Notes under the pieces: model-generated
The model's database searches: none
What the model saw: the letters and a program-made list of their open reading frames with translations, nothing else
What the model was told of the DNA's origin: nothing
Translations under genes and position numbers: made by a program
NCBI GenBank assembly: GCA_963790205.1
Contig: CAWBNQ010000003.1
Coordinates: 288,001-352,000, forward strand
Direction: 5' to 3'
DNA: 64,000 nt
From: Nitrospirota bacterium
GTDB lineage: Bacteria; Nitrospirota; UBA9217
Shown here: one piece after another, positions 35,907 to 47,156 of the stretch
Position numbering within the stretch: position 1 is the first letter of the stretch
How the letters are laid out: the number at the start of each line of letters is the position of its first letter

Positions 35907-36550
35907 ACGGCAAGTCCCTGTGGAAATACGCGCCGCCGGCCGGCCCGACCCTCAGCCTCCTGCTTATCGGCCTGGTGCTCTTGAGCGCCCTCGTTTATTA
36001 CCGGGCGGTCAAGATCCAGCGGTTTCTTGAACCCGCCCTGGCCCTTTCCCAACCCCGAAACGAATTCACCAAAAGCATCAACCAGAAATTCCATAAGGAG
36101 TTCGGAACGGAACCGATCAGGGGCCTCACGTTCAGGTCGGGCTCCTTTCTGATGGAAAAGTCCCTGCTGTTTACCCGCGAGGGAAGGCTTACCCCTTCCG
36201 CGCAGGTCGATCTCCAGAAACTTGCCCGCGTATTCCTGGCGCTCATGAAAGATGACCATGCGCGGTCCGAGATCAGCCTCGTCATGATCATCGGCCGCTT
36301 CCCCTCCCAGGGGGCGGGGGGAACGAACATCGCGGAGTGGGCGCAGGTGGGAAGAACGGTCGGGTTCATTCAGGACGCCCTGTTTCAGCTGGAGCCCGAG
36401 CTTGGAAAGCGGTACTCGACCTTCTTTGCAAGCGTTGTTCAACCTGCAAACCCGCACGAGCGAAACATGGATGCCGTGGAGTTTCGCATCATCCCCTCGG
36501 AATTCCTGCATATAGAAGTGCTGGAGAAACTGGAGAAGTATTTCCACTGA
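35903..36550 (+). CDS. Membrane-anchored hypothetical protein (weak MotB/OmpA-like layout)
   Basis: ATGA overlap with the regulator; one N-terminal TM; SLLFTREGRLTPSAQVDLQKLARVF..VEFRI is reminiscent of OmpA-C/MotB. Confidence 0.55.
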   Translation: MNGKSLWKYAPPAGPTLSLLLIGLVLLSALVYYRAVKIQRFLEPALALSQPRNEFTKSINQKFHKEFGTEPIRGLTFRSGSFLMEKSLLFTREGRLTPSAQVDLQKLARVFLALMKDDHARSEISLVMIIGRFPSQGAGGTNIAEWAQVGRTVGFIQDALFQLEPELGKRYSTFFASVVQPANPHERNMDAVEFRIIPSEFLHIEVLEKLEKYFH

Positions 36551-36863
36551 TCTCCCCGCTTCGAACAACCTCCCTGCCTCGAACTGCGCTCCCGCCGGGA
36601 ATCACCTGCCCCCTTCCCACAGTCTGTCCGGCTTCGTTTCAGCCTCTACGATCATAAAACACTGTCCTGACGCTGTTGTTCCCGCGTTCCTGGAGAGGGG
36701 GCGGCTTTGCGTTGAAAGGTTTCCCCAACAGGCCTCGGCGGGACCACTCTCGCTCCTGTTAATACTTTACTCCTCATTTTCCTCGAAAAACGATCACGTT
36801 GTCGCAGCGCTTGTGCTATGATTTTCATGAGCGGTTGAATGAAAATAAGCTGAATGCTCCTGC

Positions 36864-38388
36864 ATGGGGAGAATCGGAGTCTTCAAGGGCATGAGACGCA
36901 TTTTGTATATGAGGATTGCCGTTCTTGCGGCAATCGCCGGTGCTGCGCTGACGGGGTGCGCTGTCGGCCCCGATTTCCATACGCCCGAGGCCTCGGACGC
37001 GACTGCCTATACGGCGACGGCGATGCCTCCGGAGACCGCGGCCTCGCCGGGTCCCGGCGGAGCTGCGCAGCGCCTGGTCCCGGAACAGGAGCTCCCCGCG
37101 CAATGGTGGACGCTGTTTCATTCCGCGGCGCTGGACCAGCTGGTCCGCCAGGCGCTTGCGGATAACCCCACGCTCGCGGCAGCGCAGGCCACGCTCCGCC
37201 AGTCGCAGGAAAGCCTGAACGCCCTCGTCGGCTCAGCGCTCTTTCCGAAGGTAGACGCGAATGCCTCGGTTTCGCGTCAGAAGATCTCGGGCGCCGCGTT
37301 CGGCCAACCCGAATCGCAATTCAGCCCCTTTACGCTCTATAACGCCTCGGTAAGTGTCTCGTATGCGCTCGATCTTTTCGGCGGAGCGCGGCGCGAGCTT
37401 GAGGCGTTGCGGTCGCAGGTCGATTTTCAGCGTTTTCAACTTGAAGGCGCCTTTCTCACGCTCACGTCGAACGTCGTCACCACCGCGGTAAAAGAAGCGT
37501 CGCTGCGCGCGCAGATCCGGGCGACCCAGGAGATCGTCGTTGCTCAGGATAAGCAGCTCGAACTGGTAGAGCGCCAGTTGCAGCTCGGGGGTGTAGCGCG
37601 CTCCGACGTGCTCGCACAGCGGGTGCAGGTCGCGCAAACGCGGGCGACCCTGCCGCCGCTGGAAAAAGAGCTCGCGCTGACCCGCCACCAACTGGCGGTG
37701 CTTGCCGGTCGGCTCCCCGGCGAAGCAGCATCCCTGCCCGAGTTCGACCTTGACGGACTGGAGCTGCCGCAGCAGCTGCCCCTGAGCCTGCCGTCATCGC
37801 TGGTGCGCCAGCGCCCCGACATCCGCGCTTCGGAAGCGCTGCTGCACGCAGCGAGCGCGCAGGTGGGCGTTGCAACAGCGAACCTCTATCCGCAGCTCAC
37901 GCTGAGCGGCAGTTACGGGTCGGAGGCGGTCAAGCCCGGCACTCTGTTTTCCAGCGGCACGGCGGTTTGGAATCTCGGGGCGGGATTACTGCAGCCCCTC
38001 TTTCACGGCGGGGAGTTGAGCGCAAAGCGCCGTGCCGCCGTCGCCGCGTACGATCAGGCTGCGGCGCAGTATCGCGCGACCGTTCTGCAGGCGTTCCAGA
38101 ACGTGGCCGATGTGCTGCGGGCGCTGGAAGCGGATGCAAGGGCGCTCCAGGCAGCAGGCGGACGCCGAGGCGGCGGCGCGCGACACGCTCGACCTGACCC
38201 AGAAGCAGTTCCAGCTCGGCGCTGTGAGCTACCTCTCACTGCTCAATGCCGAGCGCCAGTACCAGCAGTCGAGGATCAGTCTGGTCCAGGCGCAGGCCGC
38301 GCGCTTCGCAGACACGGCGGCGCTGTTCCAGGCCCTCGGGGGCGGGTGGTGGAACCGGGAGAAGGAAGAGGTTAAAAGTAAAAAGTGA
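36864..38388 (+). CDS. RND efflux outer-membrane lipoprotein (NodT/OprM family), 1 frameshift near 38152
   Basis: Lipobox LTGC-AVGPDF, WWTLF, RRPD-like QRPDIRASE; the C-terminus LFQALGGGW continues in the +1 frame (ORF 38032-38388). Confidence 0.88.
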
Positions 38389-38434
38389 GAAGTAAGCAGT
38401 AAGAAGTTAGAATCAAGAAGAAGGAGAATGCTTC

Positions 38435-39563
38435 ATGTCCAAGCGAATGGTGATCATGCTGGCGATCGTCGGGCTGCTGTTCGGCGGGGTTTTCGGATTC
38501 AAGATGTTCAAGGCGGGCATGATGAAGAAATACATGTCCTTCCAGGCGCCGCCGTCGACGGTGACGGCGATGAAGGCAGAGTATCAGACCTGGCAGCCGC
38601 AGCTCTCGGCGGTGGGGAGTCTGCGCGCCGTGCGCGGCGTGGAAGTAACGAGCGAGATCGCAGGCCTTGTGCGCACGCTCCACATCAAACCCGACGAGGA
38701 GGTGAAGGAGGGGCAGGTGCTGGTCGAACTGAATGCCGATGCCGATATCGCGCAGCTGCACGCCCTCGAAGCAGCGGCCGATCTGGCCCAGACGGTCTAC
38801 GACCGGGACAAAAAACAGCTCGAAGTCCAGGCCGTGAGCCAGGCGACCGTCGACGCCGACGCTGCCGATCTTCGGAGCAAGCGCGCCCAGGTGGCGCAGC
38901 AGCAGGCTCTGGTCGAGAAGAAGACGATCCGCGCGCCCTTTGCGGGTAGGCTCGGCATCACCACCGTGAACCCGGGTCAGTATGTGAACCCCGGCGACAG
39001 GATCGTTACGCTCCAGTCGCTCGACGCGGTCTACTGCGACTTTTACCTCCCGCAGCAGGAGCTTTCGCGGCTCGCGATCGGCCAGAAGATCGTGGTCACG
39101 ACCGACTCCTATCCGGGCAGATCTTTCACGGGAAAGATCACTGCCATCAACCCCAAGGTGGACCCTGATACGCGAAACGTCCAGGTCGAGGCAACGATCA
39201 TGAATCCCGGGCACAAGCTGCTCCCGGGGATGTACGCGGCAGTGGACGTGCGGGCCGGGGCCGTGCAGCGCTATCTGACGCTCCCCCAGACGGCAGTGAC
39301 CTACAACCCCTACGGCGACACGGTCTTCCTCGTCGAGGAGGGCGGCAAGGGCCCCGAAGGGAAGCCGCTCTTGACCGCGAAACAGGCCTTCGTCACCCTC
39401 GGCCCCACGCGGGGCGACCAGATAGCCGTCATGACGGGGGTGAAGGAAGGGGACACGGTGGTCACGAGCGGACAACTGAAGCTCAAGAACGGAAGCACGC
39501 GTGATCATCGACAACAGGGTCCAACCGGCGAACGAGGAAGCGCCGAAGCCGGAGGAACAATAG
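38435..39563 (+). CDS. RND efflux periplasmic adaptor (MFP), 1 frameshift near 39498
   Basis: IRAPFAGRLG, LLPGMY, GDTVVTSGQLKLKNG; the natural tail VIIDNRVQP..EEQ* lies in the +1 frame ending at 39563. Confidence 0.88.
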
Positions 39564-39632
39564 AGGGGCAAGCACCAGCTTTCAAACACCGCCCTGCACT
39601 CGCGACAAGCGCTCATTACCGCCGGATGCACG

Positions 39633-39734
39633 CAAATCACAAATAAGCTCCAAGCACCAAGCATGAATGACCGAAACGTTTTGAATTTGGAATTTGCCGT
39701 TTGGAATTTATTTGAGATTTGTAATTTGGAATTT
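39633..39734. repeat. Imperfect inverted-repeat element made of heptamer-like units
   Basis: caaatcacaaataa..ccaagcaccaa arm versus tttggaattt..tttggaatttatttgagatttgtaatttggaattt arm; AT-rich in a GC-rich operon. Confidence 0.5.
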
Positions 39735-39744
39735 CGAGGTATTC

Positions 39745-42700
39745 ATGCATTTCACCGACCTCTTCATAAAACGTCCCGTGCTGGCCACGGTGGTGAGCCT
39801 GCTTGATTCTCGTACTGGGCCTTCGTTCGGTCGGACTTCTGCCGGTGCGCCAGTACCCGCTGATCCAGAACGCGGTCGTGACGGTCCAGACCGTGTATTA
39901 CGGCGCGGACCCGGCCCTTGTCGCCGGTTTCATCACGACGCCGCTCGAGAACTCGATCGCCCAGGCAAACGGCATCGACTATCTCACCTCTTCGAGCAGG
40001 CAGAGCGTGAGCACGATCCAGGCGAACCTGCGCCTGAATTACGATCCGAACAAGGCCCTGACCGAGATCAACACCCGGGTGAACGCGGTGCTGAACCAGC
40101 TGCCCCGTGACGCGCAGCAGCCCGTCATCACCGTCGCCATCGGCGAGACCATCGATTCGATGTACATCGGTTTTTCGAGCAAGGTGCTGCCCACGAACAA
40201 GATCACCGACTATCTGATCCGGGTCGTGCAGCCCAAGCTGCAGGCCGTGGACGGCGTGCAGACGGCCGAGATCCTGGGCCAGCGCCAGTTCGCGCTCCGG
40301 GCGTGGCTCGACCCGGTGAAGATGGCGGCCCTGGGCGTCACCGCCACGGACGTGAGCAACGCCCTGGCGGCCAATGACTTCATCTCCGCCCTGGGCCGCA
40401 CCAAGGGCCAGATGGTGACCGTGGACCTCACCGCGGACACGAGCCTGCACTCCGTGGACGAATTCCGCAACCTCGTGATCCGGCAGAAGAACGGCGCGCT
40501 CGTCCGCCTGGGCGACGTGGCCAACGTGACGCTCGGGGCCGAAGACTACGATACGGCGGTGACCTTCGACGGCAAGAGCGCCGTGTACATCGGCATCAAG
40601 GTCGCGCCCACGGCCAACCTGCTCACGGTGATCGACGGCGTGCGCAAGGCCTTTCCCGCAATCGCGGAGCAGCTGCCGCGAAGGACTCGACGGCCGCATC
40701 GTGTACGACGCCACAAAGTACGTGAACAGCTCGATCCGCGAGGTGGTCAGGACCCTGATCGAGGCGCTCCTGATCGTGACGGTCGTGATCTTCCTGTTCC
40801 TCGGCACGGTGCGGTCGGTCATCATCCCGACGATCGCCATGCCGCTCTCCCTGATCGGCGCGTTTTTCATCATGCTCGTGCTGGGCTACACCATCAACCT
40901 TCTGACCCTGCTCGCGCTGGTGCTCGCCATCGGCCTCGTGGTCGATGACGCCATCATCGTGGTCGAGAACGTGCACCGCCACATGGAGGCAGGCATGAAG
41001 CCCCTGCCCGCCGCGCTCCAGGGCGCGCGCGAGCTCGCCGGGCCCATCGTCGCTATCTCGGTGGTTCTGATCGCCGTGTACATTCCCATCGGGTTCATGG
41101 GCGGGCTCACGGGCGCGCTCTTCACCGAGTTCGCCTACACCCTGGCCGGGGCCGTGGCCGTGTCCGCGGTCATCGCGCTCACGCTCTCGCCCATGATGTG
41201 TTCGCGGTTCCTCAAACCCTTCGAGCACGACGGCCAGAACCGGTTCGCGGCATGGATCGACCGGCAGTTCGGGAACCTGCGCCAGCGGCTACGAGCGGCT
41301 GCTGCACGCGTCGCTCAACACGCTTGCGGTCACGGGCGTGTTCGCCGCGCTCATTCTCGTGAGCATTTATTTTCTCTATACGACCTCGAAGAGCGAGCTC
41401 GCGCCCGACGAGGACCAGGGCATCATCATCGCGCTCACCACGGCGGCGCCCAATGCCACGCTGGACCAGACGCTGCTCTCGACGCGGCAGGTGTACGATA
41501 TTTTCGCTTCCTATCCCGAGACCGACCATGTGTTCCAGTTCGCCGGCGCCGGCGCGCTGAACATCGCCTTCAGCGGCATGGTGTTCAAACCGTGGGATGA
41601 GCGGAAACGCACGTCGATGGAGCTGCTGCCGCCAGGTCCAGATGAAGCTGGGCCGGATCGCCGCTTCCCGCTCGGCTGCCTTTCTCAGGCCTCCGCTTCC
41701 CGGAAGCAGCGGGCTGCCGGTACAGTTCGTGATCGGCACGACCGAATCCTACGAGCGCCTGAACGAGGTTTCACAGGCCTTTCTGGGCAAGGCCTATGCC
41801 AGCGGCATGTTTGCCTACCTGGACAATGATCTCAAGCTCGACAAACCGCAGACCACGGTCGACATCGACCGCGACAAGGCGGCCCAGCTCGGTTTGACCA
41901 TGCGGGACGTGGGCGGCGCCCTGGGGTCCATGCTGGGCGGCGGCTATGTCAACTACTTCAGCCTTGCCGGCCGCTCCTACAAGGTGATCCCGCAGGTGAT
42001 GCGAGGCAAGAGCGGTTGAACGCGGAGCAGCTGAAGGACTATTACATCACGACGCCGGCGGGGGCATCGGTGCCGCTTTCGACGATAACGAAATTAAGGA
42101 CGACCGTCGTTCCCGAGTCCCTGAACCACTTTCAGCAGCTCAATTCAGCGACCGTTTCGGGCGTGCTGAGGCAGGGCGTTACCCTGGGCCAGGCCCTGGA
42201 AACGCTCACGGCCCTGGCAAAGGACGCCCTGCCGCAGGGTTACAGCGTCGATTACGCGGGCCAGTCCCGGCAGTACGTGCAGGAATCGACGGCGCTCGAG
42301 GTCACGTTCGTTTTCTCGATGATCATCATTTTCCTGGCGCTTGCGGCCTTGTTCGAGAGCTTCCGCGATCCCTTCATCGTGCTCGTCTCCGTGCCCATGT
42401 CGATCTGCGGGGCCATGATCTTCATCAGCCTGGGCGTGGGCGGGGCGAGCCTGAATATCTACACCGAGGTGGGTCTGGTGACCTTGATCGGCCTCATCAG
42501 CAAGCACGGCATCCTCATCGTCCAGTTCGCGAACGACCTCCAGCGCGAGGGCAAGGGCAAGCGCGAGGCCGTGGAGACGGCCGCCGCGATCCGGCTCCGG
42601 CCGATCCTGATGACGACCGCGGCCATGGTCCTGGGCGTGCTGCCGCTCGTGACCGCGACGGGCGCCGGCGCCGCAGGCCGCTTCAACATGGGGCTGGTGA

Positions 42701-42840
42701 TCATGACCGGGATATCGATCGGCACCCTGTTCACGCTGTTCGTAGTGCCGGCGATGTATATGTTCCTTGCAGCGGAGCACGTGAAGGAGGAGGCGGGCGA
42801 GGGAATTCCGGGTGCGGCGCCGCAATCGCCTCGCTCCTGA
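39745..42840 (+). pseudogene. RND efflux permease (AcrB/MexI-like) split by 5 frameshifts (pseudogene or sequencing error)
   Basis: MHFTDLFIKRPVLATVVSL (ATG 39745), then consecutive pieces in ORFs 39803, 40701 (GLVVDDAIIVVEN), 41338, 41597 and 42016 (RLRPILMT); no in-frame nonsense codons seen. Confidence 0.85.
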
Positions 42841-42885
42841 GCTTCCTGGATTTTTTGCAGAACGATATGAATCCGGAGAGAGAGA

Positions 42886-43839
42886 ATGGAAAAACGAAAA
42901 CTCGGAAATTCAGGCATTGAAGTCTACCCCTTGGCCCTGGGCGGCAATGTGTTCGGCTGGACCGTTGATGAGCCGACTGCGTTCAGGCTGCTTGACGCTT
43001 TCGTGGACGCGGGACTGAACCTGATCGACACCGCTGACACCTACTCGCGGTGGGTCGCGGGCAACAAGGGAGGGGAATCGGAAACGATCATTGGAAAGTG
43101 GTTCACGAAGAGCGGCAAGCGCGCCCGGGCCGTGATCGCCACGAAGGTCGGCAGTGAGATGGGTCCGGGGCGGAAAGGGCTTTCGAAGGATTATATTTTG
43201 CGCGCCGTGGAGGATTCGCTTAAGCGCCTGCAGACGGACACCATTGATCTCTACCAGTCGCACCGGGACGACCTCGATACCCCCTTGGAAGAGACGCTGG
43301 AAGCATACGCTCAATTGATCAGGGAGGGCAAGGTGCGCGCAATCGGCGCTTCGAACTACAGCGCTGAACGGCTTTCAGAGGCGCTGCGGATCAGCGGGAA
43401 GCGGGGATATCCCGCCTACCAGAGCCTGCAGCCTCGATATAATCTCTATGATCGCGCTGATTATGAACGGTCGCTCGAGCCGCTCTGCCGGGAAAAGGGG
43501 TTGGGCGTGATTACCTACTATTCGCTGGCAAGCGGTTTTCTCACCGGTAAATACCGGTCGGACCAAGACCTGTCAAAGAGCATCCGCGGCCAGGGAGCAA
43601 AAATATATCTCAATGAACGGGGATTCCGCATCCTCAAGGCACTGGATGAAGTTGCAAAACAACAGCATGCCGTGCCTGCGAGCGTGGCGCTTGCATGGCT
43701 GCTTGCACGCCCGGGCATCACCGCCCCTATTGTCAGCGCCACGAGCCTGGAACAGTTGAACGATTTGACGGCGGCGACAAAACTTGAATTGGATCAGGCT
43801 TCGATCGCATTTTTGAATGAGGCGAGCGCCGGATCGTAA
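42886..43839 (+). CDS. Aldo/keto reductase
   Basis: IDTADTY, VIATK, SLKRLQTDTIDLYQSH, GKVRAIGASN. Confidence 0.93.
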   Translation: MEKRKLGNSGIEVYPLALGGNVFGWTVDEPTAFRLLDAFVDAGLNLIDTADTYSRWVAGNKGGESETIIGKWFTKSGKRARAVIATKVGSEMGPGRKGLSKDYILRAVEDSLKRLQTDTIDLYQSHRDDLDTPLEETLEAYAQLIREGKVRAIGASNYSAERLSEALRISGKRGYPAYQSLQPRYNLYDRADYERSLEPLCREKGLGVITYYSLASGFLTGKYRSDQDLSKSIRGQGAKIYLNERGFRILKALDEVAKQQHAVPASVALAWLLARPGITAPIVSATSLEQLNDLTAATKLELDQASIAFLNEASAGS

Positions 43840-44159
43840 GCGCCACGTTCCGAGAGTCAAAGCACTGCTCCCCTGCAAGGGAAGGACGAGCTCCCGGGAA
43901 ACGTGCCTGGCCGGGCGAGTCCAACCGCAAGGAGCTTCCGGCGATTACAGACCGCACCCAACCTTCTCCTCTCGGGGGAGAAGGTAAAGGAGAGGGACAG
44001 AGCAGGCACAAATCTGAGCGGCGCCGGTATTCGTAGCGCCCCCCGGTATCGCCTATCGGTAATCCGGCGTCCGGTTGCCATTATTCCGCATCAGGCGTTC
44101 AGTATTTGCTATACTGTAAACGTTGCCCATCGTACTTTAAACAGTAAGGAGACAAAGGC

Positions 44160-44444
44160 ATGCTGTCGAAAATACCCCTTCAGCTCGAAAAGGTCAGGAA
44201 AGAGGATGTGGACAAGGAGATCCTTCGGGCCGGGATCATGGCGGAGCTGGATGCCGTCAACCTCTATGAGCAACTGGCCGCGATGACCCGGAAGGAGGAA
44301 ATCCGGAAAATCCTTCTCGATATTGCGCGGGAGGAAAAAACGCACGTGGGGGAATTCCAGGCCCTTCTGCTGAGGGAAGACCCGGAACAGGCGGAAGAAC
44401 TGCGCGCAGGAGAGCGTGAGGTACGCGAGAAAACGGACGGTTGA
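44160..44444 (+). CDS. Small ferritin-like protein (rubrerythrin/Flp-type)
   Basis: AELDAVNLYEQ..DIAREEKTHVGEF di-iron ExxH pattern; AGGAG RBS. Confidence 0.85.
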   Translation: MLSKIPLQLEKVRKEDVDKEILRAGIMAELDAVNLYEQLAAMTRKEEIRKILLDIAREEKTHVGEFQALLLREDPEQAEELRAGEREVREKTDG

Positions 44445-44549
44445 CGAGGGACGGCGCGCGGGGCCCTCAACGCGCCCTTCGCGGCCGGCTCCCGTCATCA
44501 TGCCTGCGCTCGGGGGACTGCCCCGCGGTTTTTACCGGTCCCGACCGCG

Positions 44550-45854
44550 CTATTTCCCGCGGGTCGAGGACAGCCTCCCGATCAAGGTGTTCAGAAACAT
44601 CTTGGTAAACTTCAGCTGGCAGAATACCGAGGTTTTTTCGAGCAGCTCGTTGCTGATCTTCAGAGCCGCCACGTCGGTCGCCGATCGGATGCTCACGGTG
44701 CGCGGCCTCTTGGCGACGTACGCCATCTCACCGAAACAATCGCCTGCCTTCAGCGCGGCCATGATGTTCCCGGCCACCAGTACCGAGACCTCCCCCTCGA
44801 TGACCACATAAAAAGATTCATCGAGGTCTCCTTCGCTCAGAATCATCCGGCCGGGAGCATATTCCAGCCATACGCCCGCGTTAACGACCTCCGACAGCTC
44901 GATCTCGAAAAAATCCCTGAAGAACGGCAGTTTCGCGAGCCGGTCAAGTTTTTCCCTCATGCCCACATCGCTTGTCACGACCGCGTGCACGATCTTTTTA
45001 TGGAACGCGTTCAGGTCCACGGCCATGTCCGCGGCGCTCGGATAGCGGTCTTTCACGTCCTTGGCCAGGGCTTTTCTCAGAATCGGCTCAAGAAGATCGG
45101 GCGCGTCGGGCCGGAATTGCCCCAGGGGCGCAGGCTCGTCGTTAATGATCTGCAGGACGAGTTCATCCAGGCCCGGACCCGGGAACGGGCGATGGCCGGT
45201 CAGCATGAAATACATGACCACCCCGAGGGAATAGATATCGGCCTGGTGATTCACCGGTTCCTTCAGCAGCCGTTCCGGGGACAGGTGCATCGGAGTGCCG
45301 AGAATATTTTCCAGGTACAGATGCTCGGTGTCCGGGTGCAGGATCTTCGCAAGGCCGAAATCGGCCAGTTTCACCCGGTCGTCAGGGGTGAGCATGATGT
45401 TGTTGGCCTTGATGTCCAGATGGATGACGTTGCGTGAGTGGGCGTATTGAAGCCCTTTGCAGCACTGATACAGGATCTCGACGGCCTTCGGTATGGGCAG
45501 GAGGTTGTCCTGCTGACAGTATTGCTGCAGGGTCCTGCTGTCCTCGATATATTCCATGACCAGATAGTACCGGTCCCCGTCTTGTCCGGCGTCGTACACG
45601 GGAAGGATGTTCCGGTGGTCCAGCAGCCCGTATATCTGGGCTTCGGTGAAAAAGAGCTCCACGAGCCTCCGCCGGATCCTGTCTTCGGAGAGGGACTTGG
45701 GGTCGGTGACCTTGATGGCCACGTTCCTCTGCATGTAGGGGTCAAAGGCCTTGTAGACCATGCCCATGCTGCCCTGGCCGATTTTACTGATGACATGGAA
45801 TTTTCCTATCTGCGACGGAGACAGCGCTTCGTTACCGGCATTCGCACTCTTCAT
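44550..45854 (-). CDS. Hanks-type Ser/Thr protein kinase with C-terminal cNMP-binding domain
   Basis: GQGSMGMVY, VAIK, HLDIKANN, DFG, SPE, DIYSLG; then FYVVIEGEVSV..GDCFGEMA..PRTVSI. Confidence 0.92.
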   Translation of the reverse strand: MKSANAGNEALSPSQIGKFHVISKIGQGSMGMVYKAFDPYMQRNVAIKVTDPKSLSEDRIRRRLVELFFTEAQIYGLLDHRNILPVYDAGQDGDRYYLVMEYIEDSRTLQQYCQQDNLLPIPKAVEILYQCCKGLQYAHSRNVIHLDIKANNIMLTPDDRVKLADFGLAKILHPDTEHLYLENILGTPMHLSPERLLKEPVNHQADIYSLGVVMYFMLTGHRPFPGPGLDELVLQIINDEPAPLGQFRPDAPDLLEPILRKALAKDVKDRYPSAADMAVDLNAFHKKIVHAVVTSDVGMREKLDRLAKLPFFRDFFEIELSEVVNAGVWLEYAPGRMILSEGDLDESFYVVIEGEVSVLVAGNIMAALKAGDCFGEMAYVAKRPRTVSIRSATDVAALKISNELLEKTSVFCQLKFTKMFLNTLIGRLSSTRGK

Positions 45855-46304
45855 CGAATAAACCTTTCAGCACAACGGGACATGATAACGCGCGGACATC
45901 CGCGCGGTCAACAACTAAGAACGCCGGCTGCGCCCGCACGCCGGGTCCCGTATCCGGCGCACGGCATCGGTCAAACGTCGGTCCCTATCCTGTTGCCTCG
46001 CGTCTCGGAAACCCGATTTTCCCTTACAATAAACATATTTGTCTTGATAATTTTCTTTTCAGATGTTATGCTTTTTCCTGCGCTCGAGGGCGATTTCCCT
46101 CAATCCATGGTCATGACGTATGGGAAAAAAGATCATTGAAGGAGGGGCGACTGCTGCAGCGGCGACGTTGCGGCAGATACGTTGCGCCGACCGGAGTAAA
46201 CAGGATCCTGGTCTATTTCTCCGCCATGGCCGGGCAGGAAAGCGGCGGGCTCCCTGCAGTTCATGACTTCATAGAGCGTTTTTCTCCACACCAAGGACGT
46301 GACC

Positions 46305-46895
46305 ATGGCATCCATCGAAACAATACTCAAAGAGCTCCTGACGGATTACGAGAAAAAGGCTTATGAGGCCGCGGAAAAGGCGGCGGACGAACTCATCGCC
46401 GTTCACCCCGATTTTCCCCAAGGGCAGTTCCTGAAGGCCGTCATCCTCGATGAGACCGGGCGGGCCGCCCAGGCGGAACAACATTATGCCAAGGCGGGGA
46501 ACCGGTATACGCTTTGGTCCCGGCTGGCTTTGCAGCTCCACGACATCGATCCCGAGCGGGCCCTCGTCTATTACGAGCGGGTGATCAAGGCGGACCCGGA
46601 GAACAATACGGTGCGGTTCATGCTTGGGTCCCTGTATGAAAAAATGGGCCGGACCGGCGAAGCGCGGTCCTGCTTCCAGGGCCTCCAGCCCGTTCGGGAG
46701 GCCCTGTCGCGGATCCTGATCCCTCTCGGCTTCCTCATCATCATGATCAGCGGGGCCGTCATCATGATCAAACGGGGAGACCGGGCACTCGCCTTCTTCC
46801 TGGTCCTGTCCGCGGGCGTTTGCCTGCTGTGGCTCAAACGGGACGGAGGGAAGGCCGTAAGGATGTGGGTCAAAAAGAAAGAGTACCAGGAATAA
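46305..46895 (+). CDS. TPR-repeat protein with two C-terminal TM helices
   Basis: ALVYYERVIKADPEN..LGSLYEKMGRTGEA; hydrophobic C-terminal segments. Confidence 0.75.
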   Translation: MASIETILKELLTDYEKKAYEAAEKAADELIAVHPDFPQGQFLKAVILDETGRAAQAEQHYAKAGNRYTLWSRLALQLHDIDPERALVYYERVIKADPENNTVRFMLGSLYEKMGRTGEARSCFQGLQPVREALSRILIPLGFLIIMISGAVIMIKRGDRALAFFLVLSAGVCLLWLKRDGGKAVRMWVKKKEYQE

Positions 46896-47156
46896 AAAAG
46901 ACGAACTCCGGAAGACAGCTCCCTTCCTCTGTCCTCTCTGTGATAACTATCCTCTCTCATCCTGAACGTCCGACCTTCGTCTGCAATGATACTGCATTGC
47001 CGGATTTGCGCTTCCTTTCATGTAATTAATCTTGCCGTTTCCTAAAAATCTCTGCAAAATCTCTGCTATGCTTTTTATATGAGGAGAAGCTCGAAATTCG
47101 CCTGATGCAACTATAGTTGCCTGTTCGGATTGTTCGGAACAAGAAAGGAGAAAGCC

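Noticed and set aside
36864..42840. Programmed ribosomal frameshifting in the efflux operon
   Set aside because: Seven shifts with no slippery heptamers or common context; errors or decay explain them better.
44160..44444. Encapsulin system
   Set aside because: The ferritin-like protein resembles encapsulin cargo, but I see no targeting peptide and no shell gene in the window.
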